From Gemmatimonadales bacterium (GTDB lineage Bacteria > Gemmatimonadota > Gemmatimonadetes > Gemmatimonadales > GWC2-71-9), in NCBI GenBank assembly GCA_041615815.1, contig JBFJCP010000043.1:1-27662 (forward strand): a stretch of DNA of 27,662 nt. Direction: 5' to 3'. The number at the start of each line of letters is the position of its first letter. Position 1 is the stretch's first letter. Below, piece by piece: positions 1-7,788 of the stretch. The position numbers and the translations under genes are program-made. The notes below the pieces were generated by a model. That model was not told the origin of the DNA. It made no database searches and saw nothing but the letters and a program-made list of their open reading frames with translations.

Positions 1-327
1 GGACAGGTGGGAGTGCTCGCGTTCGCGGGGGATCGGGTACTCGGGATGGACGTCATCGGAAGCCAAGACCTCTACGCCATGGTGCACGAGCGGCTCGTGA
101 CTGGCTACATCATGGATGCCCTTGCATCCCGTACGGTTCCCACCAACGCCGCGGACGACGGGCACGCCGCAGCCTTTCTCGAGCAGGTATCCGCCGCCCC
201 TCGAGTCGAGGCTCCCACCGTGGGCCGCGGTACCTACCGCGTGCTGGCCGAGGGGGTGTTGGGGGGAGAGCTCGAAGACCAGAGTCGATTGGTGCATCTG
301 AGCTCTTTCCCGGTCGGGGCCGAGTGA
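1..327 (+). CDS. DUF6569/ARPP-1-like protein, C-terminal part (5' truncated by window edge)
   Basis: Frame is open from base 1 (GQVGVLAFAGDRVLGMDVIGSQDLY..HERLVTGYIMDA..LVHLSSF). This resembles the QVG..G.D.F...L..SYALDA...HL..F C-terminal pattern I recall for DUF6569. Confidence 0.6.
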   Translation, partial: GQVGVLAFAGDRVLGMDVIGSQDLYAMVHERLVTGYIMDALASRTVPTNAADDGHAAAFLEQVSAAPRVEAPTVGRGTYRVLAEGVLGGELEDQSRLVHLSSFPVGAE

Positions 328-387
328 TTGACTCGTGGCTGGACGACGCCGGCTCAGAGCGCCGGGTTCCGCCAGGCGCTCTGGCTC

Positions 388-759
388 CTACCCTCGCTTC
401 TTCCTCCACTTCCGCCAATACACTGCATACGCAGCGGCATTGAGCACCACCACGAGCGACGCCAGCGAGAGCTGCACGTGCGGCGTCAGATTTGCTGGGT
501 AGACGATCGGCACTATGTAGTGCTCGATGAAGCCGCCAGCGTAGCCCGCATCTCCAGCCTGCTGGCGGAATGTGTTCTCCCATTCCGTGAGTGGACACAT
601 CCAGCTCACGAACTGCACCAGCACGGCCCAAGCCGCCGCCGGGAGATGGACCCAGGCGACCTTCCGCCAACGCCAAGCCAGGAAGCCACCCAGGCCCACG
701 AACGCGATGAAGGCGACGTGGGCTAGGAAGAGAGCATCAGCCAAGAACGCGAAGAGCAT
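388..759 (-). CDS. DUF2784 family membrane protein
   Basis: MLFAFLADALFLAHVAF...HLPAAAW...CPLTEWEN..RQQAG..GY.GGFIEHY..PIVYP is the DUF2784 signature. The likely ATG is at 759; the ORF-track extension to 834 looks non-coding. Confidence 0.9.
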   Translation of the reverse strand: MLFAFLADALFLAHVAFIAFVGLGGFLAWRWRKVAWVHLPAAAWAVLVQFVSWMCPLTEWENTFRQQAGDAGYAGGFIEHYIVPIVYPANLTPHVQLSLASLVVVLNAAAYAVYWRKWRKKRG

Positions 760-878
760 TGGTGCCCTGGGAATCAGTGCGCGGACGCTCGGCGGACCGG
801 CAGACGCCTGGTTGCTCGCAGACCCCTGGAGCATATCTTCGCGGTAGCGCCCAAGTCCCCCAACGAAAGGGCGACTCC

Positions 879-1553
879 GTGAAGATCTCGGTCATCATTC
901 CGGCGTACAACGAAGCCGCCTGCCTGGATCGCACGCTTCAGGCAGTTTCCCGACTCAAGGGAGATTTCGAGCTTCTCGTGGTCGACGGGAGCAGCACTGA
1001 CGAGACCTCTGCCATCGCCCGTCGATGCGGCGCCCGCGTTCTCACGGCAAGGCGCAGCCGCGCCGCCCAAATGAACGTCGGAGCGGAACACGCACGAGGC
1101 GATGTGCTGTTGTTCCTCCACGCAGACACGTTTCTCCCCGAGGAGGCGTACGATCAGGTCACTCGCACGCTCGCGGATCCTAACGTGGCCGGCGGATGTT
1201 TCCGGCTTGGCTTTGACCAGCATACCCCTGGCCTTCGGTTTTCGGCGTTCGTCACCCGGTTTTCGTTCCCGCTCTTTCATTTTGGAGACTCGGCGTACTT
1301 TGTACGAGCCACGGCGTTTCGGCAGCTGGGTGGCTACCGATCCTATCCGATTATGGAGGATATCGATCTCTGGCTCCGTCTCCGGAAGCGCCACCGTCTG
1401 GTGGTGCTCGAAAGCAGCGTGGTGACCTCGGCCCGCCGCTTCATCCGCTACGGCGTGTTCCGACAGCAGTGCCGGGGAATTTGCCTGCTGCTCCTGTTCC
1501 TGCTGGGCGTCCACCCCACTCGTCTCAAACGATTCTACGGCGAGGTGCGCTAG
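879..1553 (+). CDS. GT2 glycosyltransferase, TIGR04283-like (rSAM/selenodomain-associated)
   Basis: ISVIIPAYNE, VVDGSSTD, RAAQMNVGA, LLFLHADT, FGD, GGY...IMED and TSARRF motifs. GTG start at 879 with AAAGGG upstream. Confidence 0.88.
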   Translation: MKISVIIPAYNEAACLDRTLQAVSRLKGDFELLVVDGSSTDETSAIARRCGARVLTARRSRAAQMNVGAEHARGDVLLFLHADTFLPEEAYDQVTRTLADPNVAGGCFRLGFDQHTPGLRFSAFVTRFSFPLFHFGDSAYFVRATAFRQLGGYRSYPIMEDIDLWLRLRKRHRLVVLESSVVTSARRFIRYGVFRQQCRGICLLLLFLLGVHPTRLKRFYGEVR

Positions 1554-1554
1554 C

Positions 1555-2655
1555 ATGTCAGACACCACTGCCACGAGGGCCGGAGCCGACTTCCGCAAAC
1601 CCACGCCACGGGAACGGCTCCTCAACCCGGTGCGCACGGTGTGGCACTGGGTCTACTCCAACCTGCACCTTGGCCTGGAGTCCTACCACGTGTTGGACGC
1701 GATGGCGTTCAGGCCGCTCGGCGCGGGGCTCCTGTCGGAGAGGCATCCTTGGGTGACGGGAATGGCGCCGGAATTGGGAAGACCCATCTGGCCGGAGAAC
1801 ATCGTCTACGCTTCCCCACGCGCCGAGACATGGCGCGGCCCGCCGCCGGAGGACGATCAAACGATCGCCACGAAGATCGGCTCTTTCCTGGCCGCCATGG
1901 TGCAGCGGTCACTGTACGATCCAGAGATCCCGCATGGCCCAAAACGCCGCATGCCTCACGGCGTGAACTACCTGCATGGGTCGATCCACTACAATGGCGG
2001 TCTGGTGATTTTCAACGACATGCGGGACGGACGGCTTCATCTGTCGGACGCGGCGTTCACCCGTGAGGTTCGACGGTTTGCCAGTGAAGAGCGACGCGAG
2101 CTCACGATCGTGCTGCGGGAGCGGAGCTATCACCCCGATGAATACGCTTGGTTCGTGGCCTTCGTGCGAGCCCGATTGCGATGGTACGCGAACGGCAACG
2201 GTCCCACGAAGCGGCGAGTGCTGTGGGGTACGCCCAGCCCATACGCCGCCGTCAATCCGATTAACGGGAGTTGGGTCCGCGACGTCCGCATGCTGCGGCA
2301 TGGGCGCCTCGACGAGCTGGCTCGTCCGCCCATCGAGAAGCCGTACTTCCGCGCGGCGTATCGCGGGTGGCAGGCCGATTACACGTTTCTCGAACGGTTC
2401 CACGCGTGGGCACAGAGCCTCCTCATCCGTGCCAAGGGGTTTCAGGGCAACCTCGCGTTTACGAAGCGTCGGCGGATCGAGCCTCAACGGTGGGACGCAT
2501 TTCGCCACGGAGAGGGTGGTTGGGAGACGAGTTATCGGGTGCCACACCCGTTCGCCAGTATCGAGCGCGTCCGCGCACGCCGGGCCGCCGCGAACGCGAT
2601 GCCTGAGGAGTCAGGTACGGTCCCAGCGAGCGCCGCACGTGTCGCCAGGGGCTGA
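1555..2655 (+). CDS. hypothetical protein (366 aa), no recognised family
   Basis: Long ORF starting 1 nt after the GT2 stop and ending 13 nt before the GT1 start. Its composition is enzyme-like and rich in aromatic residues, His and Asn. Confidence 0.8.
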   Translation: MSDTTATRAGADFRKPTPRERLLNPVRTVWHWVYSNLHLGLESYHVLDAMAFRPLGAGLLSERHPWVTGMAPELGRPIWPENIVYASPRAETWRGPPPEDDQTIATKIGSFLAAMVQRSLYDPEIPHGPKRRMPHGVNYLHGSIHYNGGLVIFNDMRDGRLHLSDAAFTREVRRFASEERRELTIVLRERSYHPDEYAWFVAFVRARLRWYANGNGPTKRRVLWGTPSPYAAVNPINGSWVRDVRMLRHGRLDELARPPIEKPYFRAAYRGWQADYTFLERFHAWAQSLLIRAKGFQGNLAFTKRRRIEPQRWDAFRHGEGGWETSYRVPHPFASIERVRARRAAANAMPEESGTVPASAARVARG

Positions 2656-2668
2656 CGCCCGATAGCCG

Positions 2669-3922
2669 GTGCGAGTCACGATCGTTGCCCTCGGTTCGCG
2701 GGGCGCGGTGCAACCGTACGTGGCGCTCGCCACGGGGCTCCGGTCCGTCGGGCATCACGTTCGGATCGCTGCTTATGCCGACTTCGAACCACTCGTTCGC
2801 CATCACGATATCGACTTTCATCCCATCACCCGTAACGCGGACGAGTTGGAGACCTGCGGTAAGAGCGACAATTGGCTCGGCAGCAATCCCGTCCAAGGCT
2901 TGCGGCGGTTATCGAATCTGCTCGCCCCCGTCGTTGAGCGCTCACTCGCCAACTGCAACGACGCGTGTCACGATGCGGATGTAGTCGTCTACTCGACCAT
3001 CGGGTGGCTCGTCGCACAGCACGTCATCGAGCGCCGGGGTGTGCCTGGCGTTGCCGCACTGCTGCAGCCAGCGACCCCGACGGAAGCCTTCCCCGCCATC
3101 GCCTTGCCGCAGGTCAGAATGGGACGCGCGTGGAATCGCGCCAGCTATCGCGTGCTCGAGCGGTTGTTTTGGCTAATGCTGCGGCGATCGCTCGATCGTG
3201 CGAGAGACGAGGTCCTCAACCTGCCTCCAATGGACCGACGCATCCCGTTTGCCAGCACAAACCCCGCTCACCTGGTGCTGTACGGTTACAGCCCGTCGAT
3301 CGTTCCCAAGCCAGCCGACTGGAATGAGAACGTGCACGTCACCGGGTATTGGTTCGTACGCGAGTCCGAGCCATGGACGCCCACACCGGAGCTTCGGCAA
3401 TTTCTGTCGAACGGCGCACCGCCCGTCTACATCGGGTTCGGCAGCATGCGAAGCAGCGGAACCGAACGGCTCAGCACCATCGTCGCACAGACCCTTCGAA
3501 CAACGGGAGAGCGGGCGATTGTCCTGAGCGGGTGGGGCCTGAACGCGAACGGCATGCCGGACTCGGTGCTCGCGGTCCGGTCGGTCCCGCACGATTGGCT
3601 CTTCCCCCAGGTATCGGCGGTGGTGCATCACGCCGGCGGCGGAACGACCGCCGCCGGTCTTCGAGCGGGCGTCCCGGCGGTCACCGTACCCTTCTTCGCG
3701 GATCAACCTTTTTGGGGGGCGCGCATCCATCTCGTGGGAGCAGGCCCCCGCCCCATTCCGCGAACGCGCCTGCGAGCCCGGTCACTGAGCCGCGCCCTTC
3801 GCGCAGCTTTGGGAAACCACGAAATGCACGAGCGCGCGCAGGCACTCGGTGAGCGGATCCGGCGCGAGGACGGCGTAGGCCGGGCAGTGGAAGCATTCGA
3901 AGGGTGGGTGAAGCGGACCTGA
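2669..3922 (+). CDS. GT1 family glycosyltransferase (sterol glucosyltransferase/GtfB-like, GT-B fold)
   Basis: GSRGAVQPYVALA..L...GHHV, VTGYWF, PPVYIGFGSM, VPHDWLFP, VVHHAGGGTTAAGLRAGVP and PFFADQPFWG motifs. Confidence 0.92.
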   Translation: MRVTIVALGSRGAVQPYVALATGLRSVGHHVRIAAYADFEPLVRHHDIDFHPITRNADELETCGKSDNWLGSNPVQGLRRLSNLLAPVVERSLANCNDACHDADVVVYSTIGWLVAQHVIERRGVPGVAALLQPATPTEAFPAIALPQVRMGRAWNRASYRVLERLFWLMLRRSLDRARDEVLNLPPMDRRIPFASTNPAHLVLYGYSPSIVPKPADWNENVHVTGYWFVRESEPWTPTPELRQFLSNGAPPVYIGFGSMRSSGTERLSTIVAQTLRTTGERAIVLSGWGLNANGMPDSVLAVRSVPHDWLFPQVSAVVHHAGGGTTAAGLRAGVPAVTVPFFADQPFWGARIHLVGAGPRPIPRTRLRARSLSRALRAALGNHEMHERAQALGERIRREDGVGRAVEAFEGWVKRT

Positions 3923-4010
3923 GACTGGAGCGTGGCGGGCTCTGGGCGAATGTGAAGGCAGCCGCGGCCGCGGCTGAGACAGACGGACCTCCCATACCGA
4001 ATTCTCGATA

Positions 4011-4045
4011 TGCAACCCGGAACCTTCCGGGGGCATCCAACGTAA
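4011..4045 (+). promoter_or_regulatory. candidate ECF-type promoter
   Basis: GGAAC(4019)-N17-CGTAA(4041), overlapping TGCAAC(4011)-N15-GGCATCC(4032), in the intergenic region upstream of the choice-of-anchor B gene. Confidence 0.35.
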
Positions 4046-4146
4046 TGATGAACGTCACTTCCGTTCCCACCTCGGCGGGCCGCTTCTATCGCGGGCGCTG
4101 AGAGGCGTTGTGAGGCCACCAGCCTCTGCGCCGGAAGTGCTTTTTT
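4045..4146 (+). promoter_or_regulatory. candidate attenuator-like leader: 18-aa uORF plus nested stems plus U-tract
   Basis: ATG 4045..TGA 4101 encodes MMNVTSVPTSAGRFYRGR. Pairings: CACTTCC 4056-4062/GGAAGTG 4133-4139, GGCGC 4094-4098/GCGCC 4128-4132, AGAGGC 4101-4106/GCCTCT 4122-4127. T6 at 4141-4146. Confidence 0.4.
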
Positions 4147-4196
4147 CAAAACAAGTTACGATTCCAAGACACGCAGATCTTCTCGGAGAGGTATGC

Positions 4197-6578
4197 ATGA
4201 GCATCGTACGCCCCGTGGTCGCGCTGACCATTCTCGCGGCGGCGCCGCTTCACGCCCAGCAGTTTGGCGCCTACGCAGCCACCCAAAACGGCGACATCCT
4301 GATTAGTGAGCCGGTGAAGCAGACCGAGCCCGCGACCGTCTACGTCTACCGGCGCAGCGCCGACGGCTGGACGCAAGCGGCTACCCTCATGGCTCCAACC
4401 CACGACGGCGGAGACTTCTTTGGCCGCTTCATCGCCACGGACGACCAGACGCTGATCGTGGGCAGTACGGCCTACGAAAACGCCGCGGGCGCCGCGTGGG
4501 TCTACCGCCGCCGCGGCGACACGTGGGAGCTCAAGGAAATGCTGCGGCCCGAGGACGTGCAACCGGGAGATTCGTTTGGCCGGTTCGGGCTCCTGCACGG
4601 GAATCTCCTGTTTGTGTCCTCGCTCGGGCACAACGAGGGTCGCGGAGCCATCTGGGTGTTTCAGCGCGACGCCGCCGGCGAGTGGACGCAGGAGGCCAAG
4701 CTGGTACCCGGTGATGAGATCACCCCCCAGGAATTCTTCGGCTGGTCGATGGCGTTCGACGGCGAACGCTTGCTGACCGGCGCGCTGCAGGCGAGCCGCG
4801 AGCTGCAGAACCGCGGCGCGGCGTACATCTTTCGCCGAAACGCGCCGGGCGATTGGGCTCTCGAGACACGGCTGACGCTCGGCGAGGAGGCGGAGCGCGG
4901 CGACGTGTTTGGCGCGGCCGTGGGCTGGCTCGACGGCCATGCGCTCGTTGGCGTCCCCGGACGGAACGACGATGTGGGCGAGGTTCGTGTGTACCACATG
5001 AGCCGCGGTGAGTGGGTGGAAAGCATGACGCTCAGTGCTCACGACCGGGTCTCCGACGCGGACTTCGGCAGCAGTCTGGCCTCGCGTGGCAACGAGCTGT
5101 GGGTGGGCGCACCGGGCGCCGACGGGGTGGGCCGCGTTTACCGCTTCGAGTTCGACGCCGAGACGGACCGGTTTGGCAACGTGAGCAAGATCGCGGGGCT
5201 CGAGGAGGACATTGGGGACGGTTTCGGCAGCACGATCACCCTAGCCGACGAGATTGCGATCGTGGGCTCCACGGGTGACGACTTCGGACTCGGCTCGGCC
5301 GTTATTCTGGAACGGGACGGCGGCGCCTGGCGCGCGACCGCAAAGCTGTACGGCCCCGACCCGGTGAGCCTCGAGCCCCTCGTGGCCGGAGAGATCAGCT
5401 GCGCCGAGGGGAAGGCGGATCAATTCGCGTGCAGTCAGGTGGACATTCTGTCATTCCTCCCGGTGCGCGACATCGGCGGCGGGCGCGGCGCCGAGACGAA
5501 CGACGTGTGGGGATGGACAGATCCCGAAACGCGACGGGAATACGCGATCGTGGGCCGCACGGACGGGACGGCGTTCATCGACGTGACGAAACCCGCGAGC
5601 CCCAAGTACCTCGGCAATCTCCCCAAGACCGCCGGATCGCGCGGCAACTCGTGGCGTGACATCAAGGTGTACGGCAATCACGCATTCATCGTGGCGGATG
5701 GCGCCGGCCGGCACGGGATGCAGGTGTTCGACCTCACACGTCTCCGGAACGTCTCGGGCGCGCCGGTCACGTTCGACGAGAACGCGCATTACGACGGCAT
5801 CGCTTCCGCACACAACATCGTCATCAACGAGAAGACGGGCTTTGCCTACACCGTGGGCTCGAACGGCGGTGGTGAAACGTGCGGTGGCGGACTCCACATG
5901 ATCGACATTCGGAATCCCACCAAGCCCACGTTCGCCGGCTGCTTTGCGGATTCGACCACGGGGCAGGCTGGAACAGGCTATTCGCACGACGCCATGTGCA
6001 TCGTGTACAATGGACCCGACACCGATCACGCCGGCAAAGAGATCTGCTTCGGCTCCAACGAGAACGCACTCTCGATCGCCGACGTCACGGACAAGAACAA
6101 CCCCGTACGGATCTCGTCGGCCACCTATCCCAACGTCGCCTATGCGCACCAGGGCTGGATCACCGAGGACCACAAGTACTTTTACATGAACGACGAGGGC
6201 GATGAGTCCAATGCCGTCCAGGCCGGCAAGCCGCTCCCCGGCACCCGAACACTGATCTGGGACGTGGAGGACCTCGACGACCCGATCATGATCAAGGAGC
6301 ACTTCGGGACTACGTTTACGATCGACCACAACCTGTACGTCAAGGGCAACCTGATGTACCAGTCGAACTACGTGAGCGGGCTCCGCATCCTCGACATCCG
6401 CGATCCCCAAAACCCGCGCGAGGTGGGCTATCTGGACACCGTGCCGTGGAGTGAAGAGGTGGAGTTTGACGGCTCGTGGAGCAACTACCCATTCTTCGAC
6501 AGCGGGACAATCGTGGTGTCGAGCGGCAAGGAGGGTGTGTTCTTCCTCAAGTACCGGCCGTTGGAGCTGGTTCCGTAG
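4197..6578 (+). CDS. secreted FG-GAP-repeat + choice-of-anchor B (LVIVD-like) domain protein
   Basis: Signal peptide MSIVRPVVALTILAAAPLHA, about 7 FG-GAP-like blades (DFFG, DSFG, EFFGWS, DVFGAAV, ADFGSSL, DGFGSTI), then NDVWGWTDP, WRDIKVY, HGMQVFDL, AHNIVIN, YAHQGW, DHNLYV and WSNYPFF. ATG at 4197 with GAGAGG RBS. Confidence 0.88.
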   Translation: MSIVRPVVALTILAAAPLHAQQFGAYAATQNGDILISEPVKQTEPATVYVYRRSADGWTQAATLMAPTHDGGDFFGRFIATDDQTLIVGSTAYENAAGAAWVYRRRGDTWELKEMLRPEDVQPGDSFGRFGLLHGNLLFVSSLGHNEGRGAIWVFQRDAAGEWTQEAKLVPGDEITPQEFFGWSMAFDGERLLTGALQASRELQNRGAAYIFRRNAPGDWALETRLTLGEEAERGDVFGAAVGWLDGHALVGVPGRNDDVGEVRVYHMSRGEWVESMTLSAHDRVSDADFGSSLASRGNELWVGAPGADGVGRVYRFEFDAETDRFGNVSKIAGLEEDIGDGFGSTITLADEIAIVGSTGDDFGLGSAVILERDGGAWRATAKLYGPDPVSLEPLVAGEISCAEGKADQFACSQVDILSFLPVRDIGGGRGAETNDVWGWTDPETRREYAIVGRTDGTAFIDVTKPASPKYLGNLPKTAGSRGNSWRDIKVYGNHAFIVADGAGRHGMQVFDLTRLRNVSGAPVTFDENAHYDGIASAHNIVINEKTGFAYTVGSNGGGETCGGGLHMIDIRNPTKPTFAGCFADSTTGQAGTGYSHDAMCIVYNGPDTDHAGKEICFGSNENALSIADVTDKNNPVRISSATYPNVAYAHQGWITEDHKYFYMNDEGDESNAVQAGKPLPGTRTLIWDVEDLDDPIMIKEHFGTTFTIDHNLYVKGNLMYQSNYVSGLRILDIRDPQNPREVGYLDTVPWSEEVEFDGSWSNYPFFDSGTIVVSSGKEGVFFLKYRPLELVP

Positions 6579-6636
6579 GGGCTAGGGGCTCAGTCTGAGG
6601 TCGGCCGCAACATTTGAGTTATGACGAGTACGAGGA

Positions 6637-6672
6637 CGGCCCGTGAGCCAGTTGGCTTGCGGGCCGCTTCCG
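6637..6672 (+). terminator. hairpin, probable terminator of the choice-of-anchor B gene
   Basis: CGGCCCGTGAGCC-agtt-GGCTTGCGGGCCG forms a 13-bp stem with two G-U pairs on the + strand. The U-tract is weak. Confidence 0.55.
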
Positions 6673-6730
6673 TATCGGCACGAGGGGCGGCCAAGGGCAG
6701 GCGCCACAGGCCGAGGTGACAGTAAGCGAC

Positions 6731-6758
6731 GCGGAGGGGGCCGCGGAGCCCCCTCCGC
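6731..6758 (-). terminator. hairpin downstream of the lipoprotein gene
   Basis: Perfect 11-bp inverted repeat GCGGAGGGGGC-cgcgga-GCCCCCTCCGC, 12 nt after the stop at 6771. Confidence 0.6.
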
Positions 6759-6770
6759 ATCACATCCTCC

Positions 6771-7433
6771 TTACCACGCGATGGCGTAATTCGAGAAGTG
6801 GCGTAACTCGGCCTTGAGCCACTGCCCGGCTTTGTCTACCGTCGTGGGGATCGACTTCCATTCCGAGTCGCGGTTGGGCTGGTACCAAACCTTCGGCTGT
6901 CCGTCCACACCGTCGAGATCGGCATACTTGGTCCAGACCCACAGCACCACCGGTCGTTTTCCGGTAAAGCTCGACCCGTGCGGCCCGAATTCGAACGAGA
7001 TGTACGTGCCATCCACGCGCACGGAGATCTCGACGGACTCACCGTCCGGTACCGGGTTGCCGTCGGCATCGACGAACTGAGCGCTCGACGGCACATCGAG
7101 CACCATGAAGTAGTTCCCGTCCTCGAAGAAGATGACGAAATTCTGCTTCCACCCTTGGTGCGCCACGAACGTGGTGTCGTAGGTCATGAGCGAGGGCGCC
7201 CCGGGGGCAAACCGCAATACGTGGGGGATACCATCCTCGCTGGTAGAGCCCGAGCTGCTGTCCTGGACGGTGCCTTCGGTGGCCCCACCGTCGGTACTGG
7301 CCGTTGTGGTGCTGCGTCGTCCACCTTTGGCGAACAGCGCCGATTGACCGCTGAGCTCCGGCTCCGAAATGTCACCACACGCCGCCAGCAGCATGGCGAG
7401 GCTCGCGGCGATGATTGATCTAGCTCTGAACAT
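6771..7433 (-). CDS. predicted lipoprotein of unknown function
   Basis: Lipobox LAAC after a hydrophobic signal, an S/T/G-rich linker, and a beta-rich domain ending LRHFSNYAIAW. GAGGAG RBS. Confidence 0.85.
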   Translation of the reverse strand: MFRARSIIAASLAMLLAACGDISEPELSGQSALFAKGGRRSTTTASTDGGATEGTVQDSSSGSTSEDGIPHVLRFAPGAPSLMTYDTTFVAHQGWKQNFVIFFEDGNYFMVLDVPSSAQFVDADGNPVPDGESVEISVRVDGTYISFEFGPHGSSFTGKRPVVLWVWTKYADLDGVDGQPKVWYQPNRDSEWKSIPTTVDKAGQWLKAELRHFSNYAIAW

Positions 7434-7550
7434 GCGACTCCTCGTCTTCAGTCAGGTGTTTGTCTCACTACCGCGCTCACATCGACAGCTTGGAGCCACT
7501 GGCCGTTCGGCCAGGTATTCCCGCCGACGCGTGACGCGCCTCACCTAGTG

Positions 7551-7566
7551 GCACAAGACGTACCAG
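7551..7566 (-). promoter_or_regulatory. candidate sigma54 (-24/-12) promoter for the lipoprotein
   Basis: Minus strand reads CTGGTACGTCTTGTGC, with GG-N10-GC spacing, close to the TGGCACG-N4-TTGC consensus. Confidence 0.5.
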
Positions 7567-7693
7567 CAGGCTGATTCGTCTAACACTTTGTAATATTGAG
7601 ACTTATCTCCCGATACGGCTCCGCGTGAATGGAGCATTTCGTACCAGGCCGGGACGTTGGGTCCCATCGAGATCAATGCAGTTTCCTTCATAC

Positions 7694-7708
7694 TGGCTTG
7701 CTTCTTGC
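7694..7708 (+). promoter_or_regulatory. candidate sigma54 (-24/-12) promoter for the PurB-like lyase
   Basis: TGGCTTGCTTCTTGC has TGGC and TTGC with exact GG-N10-GC spacing. Confidence 0.45.
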
Positions 7709-7788
7709 CCCCTCGAAGCTCGCGTGCGCGGTGGGACCCGCCATGTGGAGCGGCGCGCCCTCGTACACTCGTGCGACGAGGATCTTGC

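Noticed and set aside
879..1553. Calling an arsenosugar biosynthesis cluster
   Set aside because: No arsM, radical SAM or TIGR04282-like partner is present in the window.
4146..6410. 298-aa and 319-aa minus-strand ORFs
   Set aside because: Antisense to the well-supported choice-of-anchor B gene.
7225..7255. Additional GGTATCCC boxes (here and at 23971)
   Set aside because: They lie inside CDS and have no TGTGAC 17 nt upstream.
7480..7525. Resemblance to a c-di-GMP-I riboswitch (GGAATACC..GAAC..GGCTCCAAGC)
   Set aside because: The GGCAAAC, GNRA loop and GACGCAAAGC core are not matched, so it is kept only as an unassigned hairpin.
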